A DNA stretch of 64,000 nt from Malacoraja senta (Eukaryota), in NCBI GenBank assembly GCA_038087875.1, contig CM075978.1, forward strand, positions 180,048,001 to 180,112,000. The letters run 5' to 3'. Under the pieces are notes generated by a model. It made no database searches and was not told the origin of the DNA. It was given only the letters and a program-made list of their open reading frames with translations. The first letter of the stretch is position 1. The number at the start of each line of letters is the position of its first letter. The position numbers and the translations under genes were made by a program. Positions 1 through 11,369 of the stretch are shown in pieces.

Positions 1-685
1 TGGGGGAGGGGGTTGGAGGGGGGTGGGGGAAACTTTATAACTTTTTAATCTCTTCCTTGAACGGAGACGCGACCTTTTCCTTGACGTGTCTCCGTTTCGC
101 TGGGGCCTAACATTGTGGAGCTGGCGGCCTCCAACCTGAATCAACTTGAGGGCTCAAGTCGTAGAGCCTGCGGACTCATTTACCATCACGGAGCTGGCTC
201 GGAGGCTGTGGTGGCTCGGCGGCTGCGACCTGACTGCGGAGCTTCGGAGGCTTCAGCCGTAGGCCCTGTAGATGGTAAAATCGGGAGCTTGCAAATGCCT
301 GGTGGGAGACCGATTTTCGGGAGCTCCCGCAACGGTAACTTCACCCGCCCCGAATCGCGGGGTTTGAATTGGCCTGTTGTAGGGCCTTACATCGCTTGGT
401 GCGGCTTAATCGGCCGCGGGACTTACCAACGCCCGCCGGGGGCTTTAACATCAAGAGCCTCGATTACCTCAACACGGAAGAAGAACAAAGAACAGGGAAG
501 TGATAAGACTTTTGCCTTCCAACACAGTGAAGAGGTGTTTGGAGATTCCTGTGATGGATGGGTGTGTGAGTGTTAATGCTGTGTTATGTTTATTCTACTG
601 TTATGACTGCAGGGAACGAAATTTCGTTCAGACCTCTGTTTGTTTGAATGACAATAAAGGCAATTTGTTTTGTATTTGTATTGCA
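1..685 (+). mobile_element. GC-rich non-coding retroposon (family A), 5' part outside window
   Basis: Homologous to 10245-11135, 25888-26700 and 27423-28255. Ends in aatgacaataaa plus a short tgtatt tail. Confidence 0.75.
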
Positions 686-1039
686 GGGCTCTCACTTAAC
701 TTTTTTTCTCTGTTGTCAGCCGAGCAACCTTGGCAGCTTTTAAGGTTGCCAAATGACAGCTTAGGTGGTCATTTAAGACAGCTTGCATGACGCGTGCGAT
801 AATGTGCTCGGACGAAGTGCTTAGTTACCAGCCGGAATTATGCTCAATGAAGCATTCACATATTATTTCTGCTTCAAATAAAGTCACAAATTAAACATAT
901 TCACCAATCAAGGCATGATATATACCGCAATGACATGCAGCAAAATTATAATACAGTATCTCAACTCTTTTTACACGTTGCAATGAATGCAATTTCTATT
1001 ATTTCTTTCCACTTCCAAACAAAAATGTGGTTGGATTAT

Positions 1040-1500
1040 TCAGCGTATGATCAACCTCGGTGAGACCGAGCGCAGGCTTGGCGATCGCTTCGCCAAACAC
1101 CCCCGTTCGGTTCGCAATAACCAACCTGATATCCCGGTGGCTCAGCACTTCAACTCCCCCTCCCATTCCGAATCCAACCTTTCTGTCCTGGGCCTCTTCC
1201 ATGGCCAGAGTGAGGCCCACCGTAAATTGGAGGAGCAGCACCTCTTATTACGCTTGGGCAGTTTACACCCCAGCGGTATGAACATTGACTTCTCCAATTT
1301 CAGGTAGTCCCTGCTTTCTCATCCCCTTCCCAGCTCTCCCTCAGCCCACTGTCTCCGCCTCTTCCTTTCTTCTTCCCGTACCCCCCACCCTCACATCAGT
1401 CTGAAGAAGGGTCTCGACCAGAAATGTCGCCTATTTCCTTCGCTCCATAGATGCTGCCTCACTCGCTGAGTTTCTCCAGCATTTTTGTCAACCGATTCAC
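1040..1500 (+). mobile_element. Penelope-like element 3' fragment (GIY-YIG endonuclease C-terminus plus pseudo-LTR)
   Basis: Encodes GETERRLGDRFAKH...VAQHFNSPSH...KLEEQHLLLRLGSLHPSGMNIDFSNF, followed by the ctgaagaagggtctcgacc...gatgctgcc...ctccagcattttgt terminal repeat. Confidence 0.85.
1399..1430 (+). ncRNA. Minimal hammerhead ribozyme motif (slightly degenerate)
   Basis: gtCTGAAGAagggtctcgaccaGAAAtGTCgc. Confidence 0.5.
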
Positions 1501-1689
1501 ACAAGTTCTATTATCCCACTTTCCTCACCCACTCCCTACACATTAGGGGCAATTTTACAGAGACAAGTTAACCTACAAAGCCAAACCTACAGATAAATGG
1601 AAAATTGAACTAATTAAAACATCACTAAGTAGATTAACAAATAAAACACCAGCACTGAGACAGCTCCTCATACCAGCCCTTTGATCATG

Positions 1690-2340
1690 ACTGCCATGGA
1701 CACTCACATGAACCCATATGCTATGCATACTCTTTTATTAGTTATGTCAAGTTGTCCTTGCACACAGGCACCATCCCCCAGCTCTTTCTCCACTACATTG
1801 ATAATTGCCTTGGAGCTGCCTCCTACATCCTTGCAGAACTTATTGATTTCATTCATTTTACCACTAACTTCTGCCCTGCCCTCACATTCACAGACTATCT
1901 CTGACACCTCTCTCCTCTTTCTTGATCTCTATCACAGGGGATAGACCATCGACTGACTTCTGCTATAAACCTCCTAACTCCTAGTGCTATCGGAACTGCA
2001 CCTTCTCCTACCCTGCTTCTTGAAAAACACCATACCCTACACCCAATTACTGTCTCCACCGCATCTGCTCCTGAGATGAGACTTTCCACTCTGGAATATC
2101 TAAGGTGTCCTATATCTTTAGTAAATGTGGTTTCCCTCCTGCTGTCATAGATGAATCCATCACCCACATATCCTCTGTATCCCATTGTTCAGTTCTCACT
2201 CCCCCTTTCTCCAGTCCCCCAAGGATAGAGTTCTGTGTAGGAAGGAACTGCAAATGCTGGTTTACACCAAAATAGACACATGGACAAAATGCTGGCGTAA
2301 CTCATTGGTTCATGCAGCATCTCTGGAGAAAAGGAATGGG
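1690..2340 (+). mobile_element. Degenerate Penelope RT C-terminal fragment plus inverted pLTR remnant
   Basis: Decayed FLDL...YKP..S..YL...SSHP...IPYSQ..RICS-type sequence, followed by an opposite-orientation pLTR copy. Confidence 0.6.
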
Positions 2341-2639
2341 TGACTTTTCGGGTCAAGATTTCTTGTATGAAAAGTTAGAAAAATGGTAACTACTTCCATT
2401 TCTGGAAGGAATCATTTTAAATTTGTGTAACATGATATTGGCCATCCATTATGCGCAACATTTAATAAACTTTATCTTGCTGCTGCTGCAAGGTATCTGG
2501 CATTTCTGGCCATATTGTGTGCTGCGTCACATAGTCACTGGCCTCCAATCTGTAAAACAGTCTGGAAGATTGTTGGTCGGGGGAATCTGTTTCCACGCTG
2601 TATCTCCAAACTAAAGTAAACTAAAGTAAGAGTGGGCCA

Positions 2640-4110
2640 TATCACAAGCAATAATGAGTCACTCCCTGATGAAGTCAATACATTCTATGCTCCCTTTGAA
2701 TAGGTCCATGGAGGAATGTCACCCGGCCCACCAGCATGATGTGTGCCTATATCAATGGTTACTGTAACAGATGGGAGATCAGCCTTCCTAAGCATGAATT
2801 CACAAAAAGCAACAGGCCCAGATGGAGTCCCTGGCTACATCCTCAGGAGCTGTGTGGGTCAGCTGGTGGAGGAATTCACAGACATACTTAACCTTTCACT
2901 ACTCTATTCTGAGATCTTTACTTGTTTCACGAAGACCACTATCATCTAGGTGCCAATGAATATTAAGGTAGCATGCCTTAATGACTACCATCCAGTGGCT
3001 CTGTCATCCACTGTCATGAAGTGCTTTGAGAGGCTGATGATGGCGCCCATGAACTCTGGCCAGCTTTGATCCACTGCAGTTTGCTTTCAATTACAACGTG
3101 CATAGCTGACAACATCTTTCTGGCTCTAAACTCACTTGTGGAACATTGGACTCCTAGGTTAGACTCCTATTTTTCTAGTTCAGCTATGCTTTCGACACCA
3201 TAATCACACCACAACTCATTTCCAAACTCCTGGACCTGGGAATCAGCACTTGCATCTGCCACTGGATCCTTGATTTTCTGACCACAAGATCACAATCAGT
3301 GAGGATAGATGACAACATCTCCACAATAATTTTCAACACCAATGTTCTGCAAGGATGTATTCTCAGTCCCCTACTATACTTCACATACATTCAGGACTGT
3401 GTGACCAAATGCAACTCTGACATCACTGTGGTGGGCCAGATCATGAACAAATACGAGGCAGAGCACAGGATGGGTGATAGAGAACTTAGTTTCATGGTGC
3501 CATGAAAATAACCTCTCTCTCATTGTCAGCAAATTGAAGGAGCAAGTTATCCACTTCAGGAAGTGTGGTGGAGTACATGCTCCAATCAGCATTAATGGTG
3601 CCGAAGTGGAATGGGTTGAGAGTTTCCCCTGGGTTAATATTACTTGTGATCTGTCGTGGACCAACTACATTGATGCCACAGGCAAAAAGCCCGCCCAATG
3701 CCCCTCCTTCCCGAAGAAGCGGAGGATATTTGGCTTGTCTGCAACAACAGTTGCAAACTTTTACTGATGCACCATAGAAGGCATACCTTCAGGTTACATC
3801 ACAGCATGATTTGAACAGCTTTGCCCAAGACAGCAAGAAATTGCAAAAAGTTGTAGATGTAGCCCAGACGTTCCACTACTGACTCCATATATGCCTCACA
3901 CTGCCTCGGAAAAGCAGTCAGTTTAATTAAATACGTCCCAACCCGGCCATTACTTCTTCTCCCTGTTCCTATTCAGCAGAAGATACAGAAGCTTGAAAGT
4001 GAAGCTTTTGAACGGTCCTTCTATACACTAGTGAACTGCCCAATTCATCTCTACCGCATTGGACTTTGCGTATGGAACCGATGCGCTGCACTACTGAGAC
4101 CTACATTCTA
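2640..4110 (+). mobile_element. Degenerate Rex1/Babar LINE RT fragment
   Basis: Frameshifted fragments KATGPDGVPGYILRSC, LNLSLLYSEI...KTTII, QGCILSPLLY and WCHENNLSL, typical of Rex1/Babar ORF2. Confidence 0.75.
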
Positions 4111-4238
4111 CCCTCTGTATGGTGGCGTAAGGTCCAGAGGCTGAATGATCTATTTAAGTTTTAGTTCAAATGTTCTTGTTTGCCAGTCATTCAATTTCGC
4201 TTGGATTCTGCCCCTCTGTTAATCGCACATCGCCGCCG

Positions 4239-5428
4239 GAGTGGATAGGGGAGAACCAGTGGATGTGTTGTATCTGGACTTTCAGAAGGCTTTTGACAAG
4301 GTCCCACATTAGAGATTAGTATACAAACTTAAAGCACACGGTATTGGGGGTTCAGTAATGATGTGGATAGAGAACTGGCTGGCAAACAGGAAGCAAAGCG
4401 TAGGAGTAAACGGGTCCTTTTCACAATGGCAGGCAGTGACTAGTGGGGTACCGCAAGGCTCAGTGCTGGGACCCCAGCTATTTACAATTTATATTAATAA
4501 ACTGGATGAGGAAATTGAAGGCAACATCTCCAAGTTTGAGGATGACACTAAGCTGGGGGGCAGTGTTAGCTGTGAGGAGGATGCTAGGAGACTGCAAGGT
4601 GACTTGGATAGGCTGGGTGAGTGGGCAAATGTTTGGCAGATGCAGTATAATGTGGATAAATGTGAGGTTATCCACTTTGGTGGCAAAAACAGGAAAGTAG
4701 ACTATTATCTAAATGGTGGCCGATTAGGAAAAGGGGAGATGCAGCGAGACCTGGGTGTCATGGTACACCAGTCATTGAAAGTAGGCATGCAGGTGCAGCA
4801 GGCAGTGAAGAAAGCAAATGGTATGTTAGCTTTCATAGCAAAAGGATTTGTGTATAGGAGCAGGGAGATTCTACTGCAGTTGTACAGGGTCTTGGTGAGA
4901 CCACACCTGGAGTATTGCGTACAGTTTTGGTCTCCAAATCTGAGGAAGGACATTATAGCCATAGAGGAGTGCAGAGAAGGTTCACCAGACTTTCCTGGGA
5001 TGTCAGTTCTTTCATATGAAGAAAGACTGGATAGACTTGGCTCATACTCGCTAGAATTTAGGAGATTGAGAGGGGATCTAGATGCAGGAAGATTGTTACC
5101 GATGTTGGGGAAGTTCAGGACAAGGGGTCACAGCTTAAGGATAAGGGGGAAATCCTTTAAGACCTAGATGAGAAAAAACGTTTTCATACAGAGAGTGGTG
5201 AATCTCTGGAACTCTCTGCCACAGAGGGTAGTTGAGGCCAGTTCATTGGCTATATTTAAGAGGGAGTTAGATGTGGCCCTTGTGGCTAAAGGGATCAGGG
5301 GGTATGGAGAGAAGGCAGGTACGGGATACTGAGTTGGATGATCAGCCATGATCATATTGAATGGCGGTGCAGGCTCGAAGGGCCGAATGGCCTACTCCTG
5401 CACCTATTTTCTATGTATCTATGTATCT
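4239..5428 (+). mobile_element. 5'-truncated CR1 LINE
   Basis: RT motifs GVPQGSVLGPQLF, ISKFEDDTKL and RPHLEYCVQFWSP. Conserved CR1 3'UTR ending cctattttctatgtatctatgtatct. Confidence 0.92.
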
Positions 5429-6284
5429 ACTGTTGCTGTTTCATTGGTATATGCCTTGTATATTTTTCCTCGACCTCCACGAAATTGTGGCCTGGAAGGA
5501 GGTGATGGGAAATTTTGTTCATCCTCTCTCAGAATGTACAAAATGCTCACAAATTAGTTCACATTTCTGCGATTTTAAACGCGTTTGGGTCAACCGACAA
5601 TCCCTGAAGACCAGCAACAAACATGGTTTTCACGTTTAATTCCCGCGTTCACAGGAGTTTGTAGCTAACCCTGACGGCTTGAACTAAACTTCAGGCTTTA
5701 CTGTAGTTATTGCCTTTTCGGTCATGCAATGATTAATGTTATCACTAAAATTACCAATCCACCTATCGCATCATCCGGAGCACTGCGTGTAGATAATACA
5801 TTAAAACTGTCTGCAAGTTTAGAAGGAACATTTGTTATGGCAAAGTCCGCTAAAGATATTCCACTGAACATTATACATTTTCTGTGATATGCAGTGCTGA
5901 TACGTTGCGAATGCCCAAATAATGTTTTCCAATTATGTGAAGAATCAAAGAAAGTGAGAAAGTTGCTTCAAGTTTTCAAAATAGAAATTAGTAGAAACTA
6001 GACTAAATGGGACCCATTGGATCCCATGTTCACAAGGTCCCCCAATGCAATATTCCACCTCTCCACCAATTCCAATATTGGTGGCCAGTCGGAGGGGGGG
6101 GGGGCTTTCTAGAGCGCCAGTATGGGTGTTGTGGGCTGAAGGGACTGGTTTCCAGAGGACTGGTATGGACATTGTGGGCCAAATGGTTTCTTGGGGTGGC
6201 AGCTCAGTCACTCAAGCCTGATGTGCTGGCAGCTCACTCACAGCTGGTGGGCTGGCAGATGACTCATGGCTATTCCTTGAAATT

Positions 6285-7088
6285 CCATTTCAAGCAGGGT
6301 GCAATGCCACCAAATTCAAATGCAGTTTCCTACCATTTCAAGCAGGGTGCAAGGCCACCAAATTGAGCTGCAGTTTCCTACCACTTCAAGCAGGGTGCAA
6401 GGCCACCGAATTCAAGTGCAGTTTCCTACCACTTCAAGCAGGGGGCAAGGCCACCGAATTCAAGTGCAGTTTCAGACCACTTCAAGCAGGGTGCAAGGCC
6501 ACCGAATTCAAGTGCAGTTTCACACCACTTCATGCAGGGTGCAAGGCCAACGAATTCAAGTGCAGTTTCCTACCACTTCAAGCAGGGTGCAAGGCCACCG
6601 AATTCAAGTGCAGTTTTCTACCACTTCAAGCCGGGGACAAGGCCACCGAATTCAAGTGCAGTTTCAGACCACTTCAAGCAGGGTGCAAGGCCACCGAATT
6701 CAAGTGCAGTTTCACACCACTTCAAGCAGGGTGCAAGGCCACCAAACTCAAGTGCAGTTTCATACCACTTCAAGCAGGGTGCAACGCCACCAAATTCAAG
6801 TGCAGTTTCCTACCACTTCAAGCAGGGTGCAAGGCCACCAAACTCAAGTGCAGTTTCCTACCACTTCAAACAGAGTGCAAGGCCACCAAATTCAAGTGCA
6901 GTTTCGTACCACTTCAAGCAGGGTGCAATGCCACCAAACTCAAGTGCAGTTTCATGCCACTTCAAGCAGGGTGCAAGGCCACCAAATTCAAGTGCAGTTC
7001 CATACCACTTCAAGCAGGGTGCAAGGCCACCAAATTCACGTGCAGTTTCATACCATTTCAAGCAGGGTGCAAGGCCACCAAATTCAAA
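6285..7088. repeat. 48-bp minisatellite, about 17 copies
   Basis: Unit ttcaagcagggtgcaaggccaccRaattcaagtgcagtttcctaccac. The array resumes at 8504-8583 after the CR1 insertion. Confidence 0.95.
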
Positions 7089-8503
7089 CGGGGAATGACA
7101 GACCAGTTAGTCTAACATCGGTAGTGGGGAAACTGCTAGAGTCAGTTATTAAAGATGGGATAGCAGCACATTTGGAAAGTGGTGTAATCATTGGACAAAG
7201 TCAGCATGGATTTACGAAAGGTAAATCATATCTGACGAATCTTATAGAATTTTTCGAGGTTGTAACTAGTAGAGTGGATAAGGGAGACCCAGTGGATGTG
7301 TTATATCTGGACTTTCCGAAGGCTTTCGACAACGTCCCACATAAGAGATTAGTATACAAACTTAAAGCACATGGTATTGGCGATTCAGTATTGATGTGGA
7401 TAGAGAACTGGCTGGCAAATAGGAAGCAAAGAGTAGGAGTAAACGGGTCCTTTTCAGAATGGCAGGCAGTGACTAGTGGGATACCGCAAGGCTCAGTGCT
7501 GGGACCCCAGCTATTTACAATATATATTAATGATATGGACGAGGGAATTGAATGCAACATCTCCAAGTTTGCCGATGACACGAAGCTGGGGGGTAGTGTT
7601 AGCTGTGAGGAGGATGCTAGGTGGCTGCAAGGTGACTTGGATAGGCTGGGTGAGTGGGCAAATGCATGGCAGATGCAGTATAATGTGGATAAATGTGAGG
7701 TTATCCACTTCGGTGGCAAAAACAGGAAAGTAGACTATTATCTGAATGGTGGCCGATTAGGAAAAAGGGAGATGCAACGAGACCTGGGTGTCATGGTACA
7801 GCAGTCATTGAAAGTAGGCATGCAGGTGCAGCAGGCAGTGAAGAAAGCGAATGGTATGTTAGCATTCATAGCAAAAGGATTTGAGTATAGGAGCAGGGAG
7901 GTTCTACTGCAGTTGTACACGGTCTTGGTGAGACCACACCTGGAGTATTGCATTCAGTTTTGGTCCCCAAATCTGAGGAAAGACATTCTTGCCATAGAGG
8001 GAGTACAGAGAAGGTTCACCAGACTGATTCCTGGGATGTCAGGACTTTCATATGAAGAAACACTGGATAGACTCGGCTTGTACTCGCTAGAATTTAGAAG
8101 ATTGAGGGGGGATCTCATAGAAACTTACAAAATTCTTAAAGGGTTGGACAGGCTAGATGCAGGAAAATTGTTCCCGATGTTGGGGAAGTCCAGGACAAGG
8201 GGTCACAGTTTAAGGATAAGGGGGGAATCTTTTAGGACCAAGATGAGAAAAACATATTTCACACAGAGAGTGGTGAATCTCTGGAATTCTCTGCCACAGA
8301 AGGTAGTTGAGGCCAGTCCATTGGCTATATTTAAGAGGGAGTTAGATGTGGCCCTTGTGGCTAAAGGGATCAGGGGGTATGGAGAGAAGGCAGGTACCGG
8401 ATACTGAGTTGAATGATCCGCCATGATCATATTGACTGGCGGTGCAGGCTCGAAGGGATGAATGGCTTACTCCTGCACCTATTTTATATGCTTCTCTGTT
8501 TCT
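7089..8503 (+). mobile_element. 5'-truncated CR1 LINE with an uninterrupted RT C-terminal reading frame
   Basis: Open from RPVSLTSVVGKLLE through FADD to the natural stop at 8407, then the 3'UTR. Inserted within a minisatellite unit (aattcaaa|CR1|aaatgcag). Confidence 0.95.
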
Positions 8504-8589
8504 AAATGCAGTTTCATACCATTTCATGCAGGGTGCAAGGCCACCACATTCAAATGCAGTTTCATACCATTTCAAGCAGGGTGAAACCA

Positions 8590-8680
8590 CCATAAAACCA
8601 CCATAAAACCACACAAAACACCACATAAACACCACATAAACACCACATAAACACCACATAAACACCACATAAACACCACA
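8590..8680. repeat. 11-bp tandem repeat (aaacaccacat)n
   Basis: Directly visible array inside the Helitron. Confidence 0.85.
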
Positions 8681-9031
8681 CTCACTGTTCAGTAGACATT
8701 CAGTGTGTTCAGTTGATTCACAGCTCTGACAGAGTCGTGACCTCTCCCTCCCCCATCTTGCAGAGACCGAGCCACATCCACACTTCCGGGTTTTATAGTC
8801 CCTCCCCCTCCCACCAGAAGGGGCGTGGCCTTCATGGCGTAATTGACAGGAGAGAGATTCTCAACATTTTTTAAACACTAATAACACATTTATTTTTCAT
8901 TGATGGGAAGAAGCCTCTGCACCTGATGAGCGGAGGGGGACTGAGTAAGATGGCCAAAAATCACAGCCGTAAGTGGTAGCGTTTTATCTAAAATCAATAT
9001 ACAGTGCAAACAGGATGTTGTCAAGTTTAGA

Positions 9032-9400
9032 CTTTTTGCTGTGCTTCAGTTCAAAACCAACCACCACCAACCATTTGTTGTGCTTCAGTTCAAACCCAAC
9101 CACCACCAACCATTTGCTGTGCTTCAGTTCAAACCCAACCACCACCAACCATTTGCTGTGCTTCAGTTCAAACCCAACCACCACCAACCATTTGCTGTAT
9201 TTCAGTTCAAACCAACCACCACCAACCACCATTTGCTGTGCTTTATTTCAAACCAACCACCACCAACCACCATTTGCTGTGCTTTATTTCAAACCAACCA
9301 CCACCAACCACCATTTGCTGTGTTTTATTTCAAACCAACCACCACCAACCACCATTTGCTTTGCTTTATTTCAAAACAACCACATTTTCATTTTCAAACC
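9032..9400. repeat. 39-41-bp minisatellite
   Basis: Unit catttgctgtgcttcagttcaaacccaaccaccaccaac. It explains the repetitive ORFs at 8973-9445. Confidence 0.9.
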
Positions 9401-10054
9401 ACATTAAGGGCACTCAAGGTCAGTAAAACCACACTCACAGTTTAGTAGACATGTGTTCAGTGTAATTCACAGCTCAGACTGAGAGATGTGACCCTCTCGC
9501 TCCCCCATCTTGCAGAGACTGAGGCACTCAACACTTCCGGGTTTTATAGTCCCTCCAGAAGGGGCGTGGCCTTCAGGAGAGAGAATCTCAACATTTTTTA
9601 AACACTAATAACTCTTTTATTTTTCATCAATGGGAAAAATCCTCTTGCCCTGCACAGCGGAGGGGGACTCTGAGTAAGATGGCCAAAAATCACAGCCGTA
9701 AGTGGCAGCGTTTTTTCTAAAATCAATATACAGAACAACAGGAAGTGGTCAAGATCAGACTTTTAGTAATATAGATATTCATTAACACGGGTGGTATCTG
9801 CTGTTAGAGAAACAGTGCAGCAGCTCGAAGACTACTTTGCTAATTTGGTTCCGCTTGAAAGTGAGAGGATGCTGCTGATGTTTTGTTCTTCAGAACGTCT
9901 GGAGGGAATGTATGTAGAAGGAAATGAATGATTACAGGGGAGAGAGAAAAATCTTGAGGCTTGAGGTACAAAATACTGTAGATATTAGGAAGGTAGACAA
10001 AAGTGCTGGAGAAACTCAGCGGGTGAGGCAGCATCTATGGAGCGAAGGAAATAG

Positions 10055-10084
10055 GCAACATTTCGGGCCGAAACCCTTCTTCAG
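10055..10084 (-). ncRNA. Minimal hammerhead ribozyme motif
   Basis: Minus strand reads CTGAAGAagggt-ttcg-gcccGAAAtGTTgc, with a UUCG-capped stem II. Confidence 0.5.
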
Positions 10085-10244
10085 TTTCTCCAGCACTTTT
10101 GTCTACCTTCGATTTTCCAGCATTTGCAGTTCCTTCTTGAATGTAGATATTAGGAAGTCGGAAATAACATAATAACATCATAACTTAGTAACATAGTGTT
10201 AAGTTAAATAACATCATAACATAGTAACATAGTGTTAAGGCAAT

Positions 10245-11135
10245 AACCTGCTCGGTGGGCGGCGCGACTTTCGTCTGCAGCGGCCTCTGCAGTCCGTCTG
10301 TCTTTTTATTATTTTTTGTCTCGTTTTTATGTAGTTTTTTTTTTTTTTTTTTTGTCGGGGTATGTGTGTGTGGGGGGTGGGGTGGGGTTGGGGGGGGGGA
10401 ACTTTGAAATCTTTCCGCTGCACGGGAGACCCGACCTTTTCTTTGTCGGGTCTCCGTTGTCGTTGGGGCTGGGCAACGTGGAGCGGCCTCCAGCAGGAAC
10501 GACCTGGGGCTCCCGTGGAGCTGCGGACTACTCACCGTCGCGGGGCTGGCCGAGTCCGGAGCGGGTGGAGCTGTGGTGGAGACAAGCGCTGCTGCTACCC
10601 GACCGCCGGAGATTCGGAGGCTACAACCGCGGGTCTGGCAGACGGCAACACCGTAAGCCCGTGGGTCCCCTGGTGGGAGACCGCTTTTCGGGGCTTCCGC
10701 AGCGGCGACTTCTCCCGCCCGAGTTGCGGGGTTGAAGCGCACCTGGAGCGGGGCTTTATCCCCCCGCGCGGCTTGGAATGGCCACCGGACTTTGAGGGCG
10801 CGCGCCGGGGCTCTAACACCAAGACCCGGTGCGCGACCTTGCATCACCCGGCGTGGCTTTAATGGCTGCGGGACAATCACCATCGCCCGCCGGGGGCTTT
10901 GACTTTGACTCTGACATCGGGGGGGGGGGGGGTGCAGTGGAGAGATACGTTTTTTTGCCTTCCATCACAGCGCTGTGATGGATGTATGTGTAAATTGTGT
11001 TGTGTCTCGGGTCTTCTTCATGTTGTATTGTATGGCTGCAGAAACGACATTTCGTTTGGACCTCAAGGGGTCCAAATGACAAATTTGTCCAAAAGACAAA
11101 TAAATTGAATTGAAAAAAGACAAATAAATTGAATT
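10245..11135 (+). mobile_element. GC-rich non-coding retroposon (family A), near full length
   Basis: Starts ggcggcgc...ctgcagtccgtctgtc and ends tccaaatgacaaat...aaattgaattg. Homologous to the other family A copies. Confidence 0.75.
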
Positions 11136-11369
11136 GAAACCTCTTCCTCAATGTCTGCAAGATGAAGGTGCCAGTTATTAACATCACAAAACATCAGGAA
11201 ACAAGGTGGTGTATACATCCCAGTCAGCTTCATGGTGGCAAAGTGGAAATGCTTGAGAGTTTATCATCAACAATTTGCTTTAGACCAACCGAATTGAAGA
11301 TGCGGTGAGGAGAGTACACTAATGCCTCGACTTGATAAAAAGACTCAGAAGGTTCCCAGGGTGGCATGT

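Larger units (their letters stand above)
5998..9775 (-). mobile_element. Non-autonomous Helitron with internal minisatellites and nested CR1
   Basis: On the minus strand it reads A|TCTATATTACTAAAA... at 9775 and ...CTAG|T at 5998. A 21-nt near-perfect palindrome (6007-6027) lies just inside the 3' end, and there is no TSD. Confidence 0.8.

Noticed and set aside
684-1040. Possible hAT-like non-autonomous element starting cagggctctc
   Set aside because: Only one candidate terminus is visible, with no matching TIR or TSD, so it cannot be supported.
6363-7115. Cys-rich repeat protein (GCKATEFKCSF...) resembling metallothionein or keratin-associated proteins
   Set aside because: It is an alternative frame of the 48-bp minisatellite inside a Helitron, with no splice or promoter support.
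6285-9400. Regular repeats as a CRISPR-like array
   Set aside because: The units are contiguous with no unique spacers, the DNA is eukaryotic, and there are no cas genes.
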